In this document: positions 36,112-46,900 of the stretch, one piece after another | Layout of the letters: each line of letters opens with the position of its first letter | How positions within the stretch are numbered: the stretch's first letter is position 1 | IMG/VR virus record: IMGVR_UViG_3300032605_000023 | Location: 1-56,336 of that record | Source: a virus | Taxonomy: Duplodnaviria; Caudoviricetes | DNA length: 56,336 bases | Direction: 5' to 3' (one strand) | Notes under the pieces: generated by a model | The model's input: only the letters and a program-made list of their open reading frames with translations | Database searches by the model: none | What the model was told of the DNA's origin: nothing | Position numbers and translations under genes: made by a program

Positions 36112-39100
36112 TTAACCCGCACCACCATCACCACCACCGCCACCACCATCACCACCACCACCGCCACCACCATCACCACCACCGCCACCACCATCACCAC
36201 CACCACCGCCACCACCATCACCACCACCGCCACCACCATCACCACCATCATGATCTCCAGAAGGAATAGCATGGTCACCACCATCAGAGCCATTATCACA
36301 ATAACTATTATCTTGAACAGAAGGAATAACAGAAGGAACTGATGGTGAAATGGAATCGTAGAAAACTGAAGAGAATGGTGACTGTTGAATTGATTGCTGT
36401 TGTGCTACCTGTTGAGCATTAACCTGATTTGATGTTACCTGGAACTGTGCAGTCCCAAGTTGAACAGAAATTGCGCTTGCATAATATGTTGCAGAAGCCT
36501 GTGTAGTAATTGCGTTTGCACCTGTAACAAGATTTGGAACATCATTAATAACAAATTGCAATTCACCATTCGGGAACACACCGGGAGGAATGATGAATAC
36601 ACCATATAGATTTCCTGATGAATCAGTCTTTAAAGTTCCATATGTTGAATTATAACCGTATTGATTCCCATAAACATCCGTATAAGAATGTGAAAGTGAG
36701 GAACCACCAGAATTCCATGGTGTAAGCTGAATGCAGCAATTAATAACAGGAACGTTATCAAAATAAGCATACACAACTGTTGATGGTTTCAAACCTGTAA
36801 CAGAGAACATAACAGGTGTTGAAGGAATATAGGTGAGTAGATTTACACCTGTTACAATATTCCCAATCGTTACAGTAGAACCACTCTGTTGAACTGTAAT
36901 CTGATTACCTACAGATTGCTGAAGTTGTGTAGAAGTGGATGTAGTCTGTGAAAGGAATGCTTGTGTGATAGTGCCATCTGGGTTTGTAACGGTGCCAGCA
37001 CCAGTTGTAGCATTGAGACCGTTTGGAACACCAACACTAGTCCAAGCACCCCATTGTGTTGGGAAAGCATTTGGAAGATTAGCAAAATTTGAATTTTGAT
37101 TTAGATTTGAAATAACCGCGGGGCCCTGAGTATAATCAGGATTGACAGTTCCCTGAGGTGAAAGAAGCATTCTACCAGAATATGTATAGAAAGCACTTTC
37201 CTCACAATTTCTATATTGCGAAGCATATATCTGTGTTTGTTGAACTGCTGACGTATATGGAAGTGTAATAATATTACCAGTCTGTTGAACACCAGTTGAT
37301 GAATTTGGATCAAAATAAAGTTGTGATCTAAATGGAATAAATGCAGGTCTTAGAACACAATTATTGGTATCAATAGAAGCAAAGAAATGTTTATCTTTTG
37401 TATTACAAATTGTAAAATCCTTGAATGGATCAACAAGGATGCCATTCTGGAATTGATTCTGACCTGTAACAGATGATGTCATTGTAAGTGAAGCAGTGGA
37501 TGCTTCAAGTAAACTTAGAGATGTATAATATTCAAGAGTAGAAATACGATTTGCAAGTGTTCCAATATCAGACATACGATAAGTCTTGGTCTGTTGAATT
37601 GTTAACTGAACAGCATAATCGTAACGCTTATAAGTCTTGGCATCTGAAGGAACAAGTGAAGGATATGCAGGTACTGATGCAATGCCGATTGTCATTGTCC
37701 CTGGAACTTCATTTGGTGGTTGTGGATTGGAACTAGATAAACCTTCTGTTACTAGAAGTTTGCCACCTGTTGTCAGAGCAATTCTATCCTGCCGCGGTAG
37801 ATAATATTCTACAGCAGATTGGAAATTTGTTCCTGGAGAAGGTAGATGAGAACCACCAGAAGGAACATGGAACACAAGATTAGCACTTGGATTCAATGTT
37901 GCGGAAGAAACATTTCCTGCATTATTAGCAACTGCTGTATTTGCGGCATATGGTCTAAAATCAACCACATCACGAAGATCAGTTGTGGTCTTTGAATTGA
38001 TAGAAGTATATTGAGGAATTTGATATGTTCTGATTGCATTGGTATTTGCTGTATTGGCATCATCAATAGGATATGATGCGGCAGTAAAGAAACCAACACC
38101 CTGAGATTCAGAATATGTGAAATTGTCAACAGATACTAGAAGTGTTGCTGTATTTGGTAAAGGATGTGTTGATGAAAGATATGCTAGACCATAGTATGAA
38201 TCTCGTTGACCATTATCAAGAATAAATGATCCTACCTGATCTGGATTGTTTGTTGAATAACTACCAGATCCTACGTAAACATGATTTAAATTTAGAATAT
38301 CAGGAATACCCAAACACCATGGGCCAGATGGACCGCCAGGGTTTGTTCCAACATTGATTTCAATAAGTGTATTTCTATTGATAATCTTAGATGTTGGATA
38401 AGTTGAACTTCTTAGAATATCAACATATGCAGAAATACCAAATGCTGCATTGGTGGATTCACCCAAGGCAATTACAGCATTTGTTGCCGTAGCTGTAATT
38501 GTTCTAGTAGAAGAAGACATATTAATAGGAACACCTGCTGGATAGACCTTCTGTGAAACAACACCAGAAGTAGACCCAGAGAAATTGCTATCAACTGTGA
38601 GACTTGTATTATTAGAAATTGCAACAATATTTCTGGTATTCCCTGTAATATAGATGTAATCACCAACATTATAATCCGTGAGGAATGATGTAGATGAACC
38701 TGTTACAGTAGTATTTGAATAGATTGATACAGTACCAGTCTTGTTTGCAGAATAACCATTTGCCGTTGGAATGATAATGTAACTATATTCCGTAGAAGTA
38801 GGAAGTGATCCTGTATAGTCAAACTGTTCTGTTGCCGAACCCGTAACAGAAGGAAGTGTAAGAGTAGAACCACCGGCAGTATTCACAGTGGCAGTAAGTC
38901 TATTTCTATAAACAAACTGTGAAGTGGATCCAAATCCTGCAGGATCAATTCCCTTTTGACCAAAAGGATGAACCATTATTTCATTGATAGTATCTTGGAT
39001 CTGTGGAATATAAGAAATGGTTCCAGTGGCGGAAGTATAGTACTGAGTAGGAACTATATCTGCTACAGCATTAACAGTATAAGACCCTGATGTGCCTGAA

Positions 39101-40530
39101 TTGTAAAGAATGCTTAGAACCTGATTGAAGTTATAACCAGAATTCATCTGAACATCAGAAAGATAAATGTAATACTGTGCTGTAGCAGTACCAGGTGTTC
39201 CAGAAACATACTGAACACCGCGGCAATATGCAGTACCAATTTTTGTTGCGGAAGAGAATTCACCAGACACACCAGAATTTAGGAATGTATGATTTGAAAG
39301 TGCCTGATTTGCAACAGAATGTAGTTCTAATTGAATAAGATTCTGGTTATTGAAATCACCACAGAATTGATTTACGATTACATAGTAACCATAATTTGCC
39401 GTTACAGATTGTGATGCTACAGAAGCAGTGTCTAAGCCCTTTCGAAGATTCACAATATTATTATTGATGAATTGAACTCTGTAACCTTGGACGTAACCGA
39501 CACCAGGTGAGCAAACAAGATTCAAATAATTTTGTTGATTGGGATCTTGTGAACCCTTATTGGTTGTTGACAATAAGAATGGTGTAGTAACATAGTTACC
39601 AGATGTTTCAAATGTTCGTTGTGCAGCCTGTGCTGTCACAGCAACTAGTTGTGGATTGTTATTGATTGTGACAGGAAGACCATTCACAAAATCACAAATA
39701 GAGAAGAATGAAGAAGTATTTGCAATGTCTGAAGTTGCTCTAGTAACCAACGTTGGTGTTAGTTGAAGTCTATCAGCACCTGGTGCAGAATAGTTTTGAG
39801 CACCTGCTGCATTGTCATAAAGAGAAGAATCAGAAAGAGCCGTAACAATAGTCTCTGTTGCATCAAACCCAACTGAAATATTATCAGGAACATTTGAATA
39901 CTTTGAGACAACAAGTGTTTGTGCTGCAACGTCAATGAATGTTCCTTTTTTAAAGATAACACCATCAGTCACAGTAAAGGCATAACCTTGACCAGAAGCA
40001 TTTACAGAAGTAGGATTTCCGTATACAGATACAGTTCCGATTAAAACATTTGCAGATGAAGTAATAGAAAGAGTATCATTTGCAGAATATGTGCTCTGAT
40101 TATATCCATTCGATAATGTAACAGAATTTAGATACTTGATGTATAATGTATTTAAATTGGGATATTGAGACTGGTAACCAGTTATAGCATTTACAACTGT
40201 TGAATTTAGACCATTCTGATTTGTTACGTAATCGCCAATAAAACTAGACACAGAACCGATTGCAGTGCCATTTGAATAGTTATCATTAAGCATTACATAA
40301 TTATAAGCATTATCAAAGGTGATAGCACAACCTTGAACAACCGAACCTTCACGGAAAACGTTTCGACCAAATTTATTGATCTGATCCTGAAGAATACTTT
40401 GTGTCTGGTTTAGTTCACGAACTTGAACAGCAGTAGCTGGCTTATAAAGAATTCTGTAATAATTCTTTGTCTCATCATAATCATCAAAATATGGAGACGT
40501 AGATAGGTTTGTTTGAAATTCTTGCGTCAT
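36112..40530 (-). CDS. Baseplate/virion structural protein, N-terminal part of a VrlC/DUF4815-type protein, ending in a Gly/Asp tail
   Basis: SPYFDDYD...YYRILYKP...VQVRELNQTQSILQDQI, DFRP, RISTLEYYTSLSLLE, NGILVDPF. Confidence 0.85.
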   Translation of the reverse strand: MTQEFQTNLSTSPYFDDYDETKNYYRILYKPATAVQVRELNQTQSILQDQINKFGRNVFREGSVVQGCAITFDNAYNYVMLNDNYSNGTAIGSVSSFIGDYVTNQNGLNSTVVNAITGYQSQYPNLNTLYIKYLNSVTLSNGYNQSTYSANDTLSITSSANVLIGTVSVYGNPTSVNASGQGYAFTVTDGVIFKKGTFIDVAAQTLVVSKYSNVPDNISVGFDATETIVTALSDSSLYDNAAGAQNYSAPGADRLQLTPTLVTRATSDIANTSSFFSICDFVNGLPVTINNNPQLVAVTAQAAQRTFETSGNYVTTPFLLSTTNKGSQDPNQQNYLNLVCSPGVGYVQGYRVQFINNNIVNLRKGLDTASVASQSVTANYGYYVIVNQFCGDFNNQNLIQLELHSVANQALSNHTFLNSGVSGEFSSATKIGTAYCRGVQYVSGTPGTATAQYYIYLSDVQMNSGYNFNQVLSILYNSGTSGSYTVNAVADIVPTQYYTSATGTISYIPQIQDTINEIMVHPFGQKGIDPAGFGSTSQFVYRNRLTATVNTAGGSTLTLPSVTGSATEQFDYTGSLPTSTEYSYIIIPTANGYSANKTGTVSIYSNTTVTGSSTSFLTDYNVGDYIYITGNTRNIVAISNNTSLTVDSNFSGSTSGVVSQKVYPAGVPINMSSSTRTITATATNAVIALGESTNAAFGISAYVDILRSSTYPTSKIINRNTLIEINVGTNPGGPSGPWCLGIPDILNLNHVYVGSGSYSTNNPDQVGSFILDNGQRDSYYGLAYLSSTHPLPNTATLLVSVDNFTYSESQGVGFFTAASYPIDDANTANTNAIRTYQIPQYTSINSKTTTDLRDVVDFRPYAANTAVANNAGNVSSATLNPSANLVFHVPSGGSHLPSPGTNFQSAVEYYLPRQDRIALTTGGKLLVTEGLSSSNPQPPNEVPGTMTIGIASVPAYPSLVPSDAKTYKRYDYAVQLTIQQTKTYRMSDIGTLANRISTLEYYTSLSLLEASTASLTMTSSVTGQNQFQNGILVDPFKDFTICNTKDKHFFASIDTNNCVLRPAFIPFRSQLYFDPNSSTGVQQTGNIITLPYTSAVQQTQIYASQYRNCEESAFYTYSGRMLLSPQGTVNPDYTQGPAVISNLNQNSNFANLPNAFPTQWGAWTSVGVPNGLNATTGAGTVTNPDGTITQAFLSQTTSTSTQLQQSVGNQITVQQSGSTVTIGNIVTGVNLLTYIPSTPVMFSVTGLKPSTVVYAYFDNVPVINCCIQLTPWNSGGSSLSHSYTDVYGNQYGYNSTYGTLKTDSSGNLYGVFIIPPGVFPNGELQFVINDVPNLVTGANAITTQASATYYASAISVQLGTAQFQVTSNQVNAQQVAQQQSIQQSPFSSVFYDSISPSVPSVIPSVQDNSYCDNGSDGGDHAIPSGDHDGGDGGGGGGDGGGGGGGDGGGGGGDGGGGGGGDGGGGGGDGGAG
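36121..36250. repeat. GGT/GAT microsatellite-like repeat encoding alternating DG6/DG7 units
   Basis: Alternating 21-bp and 24-bp units (45-bp higher-order period) of ccacca/ccgcca/ccatca. Confidence 0.9.
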
Positions 40531-40538
40531 TTATTCCT

Positions 40539-43500
40539 CTAGAATTGAATAACCAGCTGCACTTGTTCTTGTGATGTTCTTGTTATTGTAACAGGATTTT
40601 TTAGATTTTCGTAATAAATCACAGTACCTGAGTTCCTTACCAAATCTGGATACAGAATAAGATTTGCATTATTACATATCCCCGTTGAACCGGAAGTTAA
40701 TCCTGTTATTGTTAATGGTGATACCGCAGAAGCCTGGAAAGGTTCTGGACCATCAATGTTATTTAGGAGTAATACTGGAAGGGTTGAACTAATTGTTGCA
40801 GAAGCACCAACAGCTGTTGAAATAGTTGCACCAGGAGTAAATGTTCCTAATACATTTGTTATCATCAAATATGAATTGTTTGAATACTTAATGTAGCCAT
40901 TTGCAGAAGAAGTACTTACATATTGACCATTCGAGAATGTGCCTGTGACAGATGAAAGAGAAACATCGACTTCACCTGTCAATGAAAGTATTTTACCAGA
41001 GGCATTTGTAGTGCTCTGAAGCACTGTTTCATATAAATCAAATGGTGCGGTATTTGAGGTAATAGTAAGTCTGGCAGTTTGATTAAATGTTTGACCAAAT
41101 GATGATGTAGCATTAATCAGACCGTTTGATGTGTAAATTGAAGCAATGGTTGCATATGAATTTGTTGTAGCATCTACAATAACATCATTTGAATCAAATC
41201 TACCAACAACGTTTGTCAACTGAAGTTGTGTATTGTTTGCAGATACACCATCAATATAAGCAGATGCACCAGAAGTCACCTCTGAAATGAATTCAATACC
41301 TGATGTAGAATTGATCTTGAATGTTGCAACATTGGCAAGTGCAATATTTGCATAAGTTCCTGATGAAAGACCATACACAACATTATTGGGTGAGACATTT
41401 GAGAATGATCCAATAACATTCTTTAATTCAAGATATGTTGAATTGGAATATACACAAACACCAGCAGCATTTGATACGGGAACAGAACTTCCATTCGACG
41501 AAGAAATAACAATTTCATTTGTTGCAAATGTGCCAGAAGATCCCGTAAGAGTAAGTTTTACTCTATCAAAATCATTGATATTTACTAATACATTTGTATA
41601 AGAAGGTGTGTTTAGAATACCCAACTTATTATAAGAAAGATATTGATAGAATGGATCTGTATTGGTAAAAATTTCTGAAATGCAACAATAGAAACCACCA
41701 AGTTCAGTCACTGCATCACCACCATGACCACCAATTGGAGCAATAATTGGCATTAGATTTGCACCTGTTCCGTAACTAGAATTTGCAGTGACCGTAACAT
41801 TTGCATAAGTATATCCAATGCCAGGATTGATTGTAAGTGTTCCATATATGGAATTTGCAGCGTCAACAGATGTATTGACAAGTGCAAGTGATACCGAATT
41901 AGTACCATCACCTGTGACAGTAATAGTAGGCGCAATCGTATATTGTGTAAGACTATTAGGAACGGTGGTTTCTGCAATAATTGTAGCATTACCAGTGCTT
42001 ACACCAGCAGTTTGGAAATACACTGCCTGGCCAGAATTAAATTGACCTACAGGTTGTGACACAGTAATATTAGGAACAGTCAGAACAGATGAAATGGTTG
42101 ATCTTAGTTCAGAAGAAGTTCCTAAAATGTAATAACCTGAACCTGCTGTCCATGATCCTAATACATTTGAAAGAATAACAGAGGTACTGTTGGCATATGC
42201 AACCGTTCCATTTGCACCAATAGCAACATTTGAACTATTGACCATAATAACACTTTCACCAATAGTAAATGATGAACCAAGAATAGGAATAGTATTTGCA
42301 ATACTTAGTGTTACAGAATTAATATTGACCTGTGAAATGGAACCTTCAGCATATACATCAGTGATTGAATATGGCTCGATAGCATTTGGAATTGTATAAT
42401 GATTTTGCGCATGATTTGTGTAATTAAGTAATGAATGAACCTGACCAGGATTTGTTGTTGCAGGTGTTAAAGCCAAATTAGCGCCATTCCGTGTTGATGC
42501 CAAGGCCAACACTGTAGTATTTGAGAATGAAACATAATAATAACTATTTGCAGTAAGACCAGGAATTGCCGTATTACCTGCAGGCACTGAATAGTAGATA
42601 TAATCGCCAACATAATAGTTTGTATTGGCATTTGAAATAGCAATAGTATTTGACACAACATATGCAGAATTGGCAATAATACTTGCTGTATTTGTTACTG
42701 ATACAGAGAATGGAATGTCCGTAATGATTACAGTTGTATTAGAAGAAACTACTCTTCGCACATTGGTATTAGCATTTGTTCCTACTCTTATATAAGCTCC
42801 TGAGGGATACACTGAATTTGCTGTAAACCCTGAAGCAAATACGTATGTGTTATTGTTGTAAATTATTGCAGTGCCACTATTGAGAACACCAGCTGAAACT
42901 GTATCAACAATAGGATAATTGAGAGAAAAATCAAAGCCCGAAGATGTTTTGGTAATATCAATATATGTTGCATTTGCAGCAATTACGTATCCTGTGATAC
43001 CAGTATCCGTTTGAATAACTGTATCACCTGTATTGATATAACCTGAGGGATAAACATAGTTGATATTATCATATGCTTGATAAGCAGTCTGACCAACTAC
43101 AGGATTTGCACCTTGAATATTACTTAATTCAATATAAGCATAATTTAGGAATGGTGTTTGATTTGATACAATTACTTTCTTGGTAGAACCAGAATAAGAC
43201 TGAATTTGTCTGATCTGACCCGGACCAACACCAGAGTTCAAATAGATTGATGAACCAGTATAATAGTTATCAAGTGAAGAAGAAGTAGAAGGTAGTTGAA
43301 TTGAATATGCATTAATAAATGATTGAACTAAACCAGTTTCTGTAATATAACCAGAACCACCATTTGCAACAAAAAACGAGTCGATTGTTCCTGTAACAGC
43401 ATTATTCTGAACTGCTGTATTGGGAACTACAGGAATGAAATTAGTCGATGTGAAATATGAATTGGAAATGGAATCAATAGTATACATGTATTTCCACACA

Positions 43501-43922
43501 TATCCATCACCTGTAACAAATGTGCCTGAGGTTGCTTTCAAAGATGGTTGAATTGTCGATGGTGCACCATTGTTATTGTTGATGCACTTATAAACATCAT
43601 ACGTATTTGTTACTACATAATAATTGGTGCTGTAGAGATTATTTACATTCTGATCGTAACGAGCATAGACTGTTCCTGCTGTCCAAGTATGTCTGGGAAC
43701 AACATTTTTGATATTAGAAGAAGTAATTAGTTTTCCATAGAGAATATCATTATACACATTTTGTTGTGTATTGGCAACAGAATTATCGGGACTTGGAGCA
43801 TAACCTGAAGAAAACTCGGTTGAATATGCTGTATATACATAATACGAATTCTCTCCGCTTTCAACACTATTAATGAAAGCATTGGCCATATTGATGTTAT
43901 ACTTGGTTGTCAGAATAGCCAT
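40539..43922 (-). CDS. gp8: Baseplate wedge protein, enlarged
   Basis: VVPRHTWTAGTVY...VYKCINNN...DGYVWKYMYTI, PIGGHGGDAVTELG, SGTVIYYEN; many inserted beta domains. Confidence 0.85.
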   Translation of the reverse strand: MAILTTKYNINMANAFINSVESGENSYYVYTAYSTEFSSGYAPSPDNSVANTQQNVYNDILYGKLITSSNIKNVVPRHTWTAGTVYARYDQNVNNLYSTNYYVVTNTYDVYKCINNNNGAPSTIQPSLKATSGTFVTGDGYVWKYMYTIDSISNSYFTSTNFIPVVPNTAVQNNAVTGTIDSFFVANGGSGYITETGLVQSFINAYSIQLPSTSSSLDNYYTGSSIYLNSGVGPGQIRQIQSYSGSTKKVIVSNQTPFLNYAYIELSNIQGANPVVGQTAYQAYDNINYVYPSGYINTGDTVIQTDTGITGYVIAANATYIDITKTSSGFDFSLNYPIVDTVSAGVLNSGTAIIYNNNTYVFASGFTANSVYPSGAYIRVGTNANTNVRRVVSSNTTVIITDIPFSVSVTNTASIIANSAYVVSNTIAISNANTNYYVGDYIYYSVPAGNTAIPGLTANSYYYVSFSNTTVLALASTRNGANLALTPATTNPGQVHSLLNYTNHAQNHYTIPNAIEPYSITDVYAEGSISQVNINSVTLSIANTIPILGSSFTIGESVIMVNSSNVAIGANGTVAYANSTSVILSNVLGSWTAGSGYYILGTSSELRSTISSVLTVPNITVSQPVGQFNSGQAVYFQTAGVSTGNATIIAETTVPNSLTQYTIAPTITVTGDGTNSVSLALVNTSVDAANSIYGTLTINPGIGYTYANVTVTANSSYGTGANLMPIIAPIGGHGGDAVTELGGFYCCISEIFTNTDPFYQYLSYNKLGILNTPSYTNVLVNINDFDRVKLTLTGSSGTFATNEIVISSSNGSSVPVSNAAGVCVYSNSTYLELKNVIGSFSNVSPNNVVYGLSSGTYANIALANVATFKINSTSGIEFISEVTSGASAYIDGVSANNTQLQLTNVVGRFDSNDVIVDATTNSYATIASIYTSNGLINATSSFGQTFNQTARLTITSNTAPFDLYETVLQSTTNASGKILSLTGEVDVSLSSVTGTFSNGQYVSTSSANGYIKYSNNSYLMITNVLGTFTPGATISTAVGASATISSTLPVLLLNNIDGPEPFQASAVSPLTITGLTSGSTGICNNANLILYPDLVRNSGTVIYYENLKNPVTITRTSQEQVQLVIQF

Positions 43923-43937
43923 TTTGTCTCCAAATTA

Positions 43938-46900
43938 CTATATAGGTATGGTAGTAGTGATGAATGTATTCTGCTGGCCTACAACAGTAAGAGCGGTTGT
44001 GTAACTATTATTGCTTAATACTATATTACTTGGTGAACTTACAATAGTCCCTGGTGTATATATCATAGAATAAGGAGCAGTAGTCATCGACGTATTAGCA
44101 GTTGCAGTCACGGTTTCACCCAATTCAGAATCGGTTTGATATAGATAAATGCCCCAAGCAGTATTATTAGATGATGTCAAGGATCCATCGGCTGGCACTT
44201 TTATAATCAATGCATTCCCGTTAAAATCATTACTATTATCTACAACATAACCACTTAAAATAACGGCACCGTTATAATAAACCGCATTGGATCTGGTAGG
44301 TCCTATTTGTGATGAAGGATATGTATATCCTTGAATTGAACCATTTGAAGAATATGGTAATAAACCGTTAGTAAATGCAATCGAACCAGATGTATTCATT
44401 TTAGCAAATGTGGTAGAACGAACACTATCGCTTCCTACCAACCATATGTTATCACTTTTATCTATAGACACACCGGTAAATTTTATACCACTTGATTGAA
44501 TGTCCTCACACCAAACTATAGTTCCACTTGAATTAAATTTAATGAGTTGATTATTACCACTGGAAGTAATCACCAATGCATAACAATTACCTTCATTATC
44601 AACATCTATGGAACTAATTAAATAATTATCCAATTTTATTGAAGTTATATCAATAGACCATACAAAAGATCCTGAAGTATTTGTTTTGGTTATAGTATTG
44701 ATTAAGCTACTATGTTGTCTGTCTGAACAAGAAGTGTAAATGTTTCCTGATGCATCAACTGCCATACAGAAGATAGGATTGTTATTATCATACGTATCAA
44801 GAATATACTCCCACAATAGATTACCTGAAGAATCATATTTAAATAAAATGTATTCTATTCCAGAAGAATTACCATTGGTTCCTGATAGATAAATGTTATT
44901 TAAGGCATCGACACACACCAAAACATTAAGATATTGGCCCAGAAAAGCAATATTTAAATTTACACGTTTTTGCCAAAGAATATTTCCATTAGAATTTAGT
45001 TTTAAAATGAAACTATTAAATGGACTAGCTGTTTCAGACATTGTTATGATAATATTATCATTTGAGTCGATTGCAATACCACATGCATTATCATATGAAC
45101 CAACATAATCATTAAGAATATATTGCCATACTACATTTCCAAGAATATCAAATTTTGTAATGAATACAAACTGAGATGTAGAAGTAATACTAGAACCAAC
45201 AATATATGAATTGCCTTGACTATCGACTAATACACCTTGTGAATAACTAACATTATTTTCAAGAGGAATGTCGCCATATTCTACAATCCAATAAGGGCTT
45301 GCATATCTACCTTGTGTAAGTAAAATACTTGATGGGGTAGGTGCATTATTTGCTTGGGTATCTTTGTATCTATATTTCCCAAATAAAGCAATACCAGCAG
45401 GATGGACAATATCTCGAACAAATTTTTCATACGTTGAAAGCATCCGTTCTGCAACAATTTCATATGACATATTCTGATATAGATAACTATCTTGTATGAA
45501 GTTAACATCAGAGACAAAGCCTTGATTATTCAACCAACTTCCTGAACCAGTGCCGTCCAAATTAAGAACGGCCGTTCCAGTCACTACAGTTTGATTGAGT
45601 GTATTTGCTGCCGAAAGAGATAATAGTTCACCTTGTGTATGACCAAATCCCGAATCTTGTAGATGAACGGCAGATACAATGCCATTGGCATATGTTGCTG
45701 TGGCCGTAACAAGTACGTCCTCACCAATAATACCACCAGAACCATCAGGAAGTCCGAGGGAAGCAATATATGGTTCTATAATTGTAACGGTTGGATTTGA
45801 TGAATATCCAGCACCTGGATTTATTCTTGTAAGATAACTAACGGTGCCTGCCTGGATATTTTCATACGATAATACTTGACCAATCTGTGTATTTAAATTA
45901 GCAGATACACCAGCAAAGAATCCAGACCAATTTGGATTGTATTGAAGTGAATGTATTTCATGAGAAGTACCAGAAGGTGTAAGTGCAATATTAGCGCCAC
46001 CTAGAGAAGATGAAAGTGCAAGAGCAGATGAATTTGCAAAAGTAACATAATAATAACTATTTGCAGTGAGGGAAGGTATTGCCGTATTCCCTGCAGGGAC
46101 TGAATAATAAACATATGTGCCTACAGGATAAAGTGTATTTGCAGAACCAACAAGAATGGTATTTGCCGCAGCATTTACAGATGTTGTATTGGCATCAATC
46201 GTTGTATAATTTGAGAGAACAGTCGATGAAAAGTTATTGACTTGGTCTATATTCACAACCCATGTTATAGCATCTTGAATAGCACCAATCTTAAATGTAG
46301 CACCAGCGCCTGATCCACCTGAAACAACAACATTTGCATTTAAACTAATACCCTGACCACCATTCACAAGTGTGAATACTACTTCACCATTTAAATCATA
46401 TGTCGAAGCAACAGTTGCACGTGCACCTGAGCCCGAACCCAAAACATTTAATTCATCGCCTACTTTAAAATTATAACCACCTTCTACAATCGAAATGGTC
46501 GTAAGTGAACCTGTAATGACAGGTGCATTTTTAAGTGTTATTTCTGGAACAGCTTCACAAAGGATCTGCTCGCCATATTTGAATCTTCCTTCAAGAGAGG
46601 AAAGATACAGGACGTTCACAACCTTATTGTTTTCAATTTTTTGATAATAGTTTTCACAAGTTGCAAATGCAGACCCAGAAGATGAATATATTCTATTTCC
46701 AATTAATTTGGGAAGATATGGATTGTTATTGACTTCAATATATTTTGGAACTTGCCAAATACCATCAGATGGTTTTAATAAGTAATTATTTGGAATATAA
46801 ACATCAATATCCTCATCAAATAAAAGTCGAAACAGAAGTTCATACGATCTTCTTGAACCTTTTGACCGATATAGATCAAGAATATGTTTGACAAGTAACT

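Noticed and set aside
36102-36299. 65-aa hydrophobic ORF of MVVAVVV repeats
   Set aside because: Alternative reading frame of the GGT/GAT repeat inside the VrlC-like gene; no RBS or independent support.
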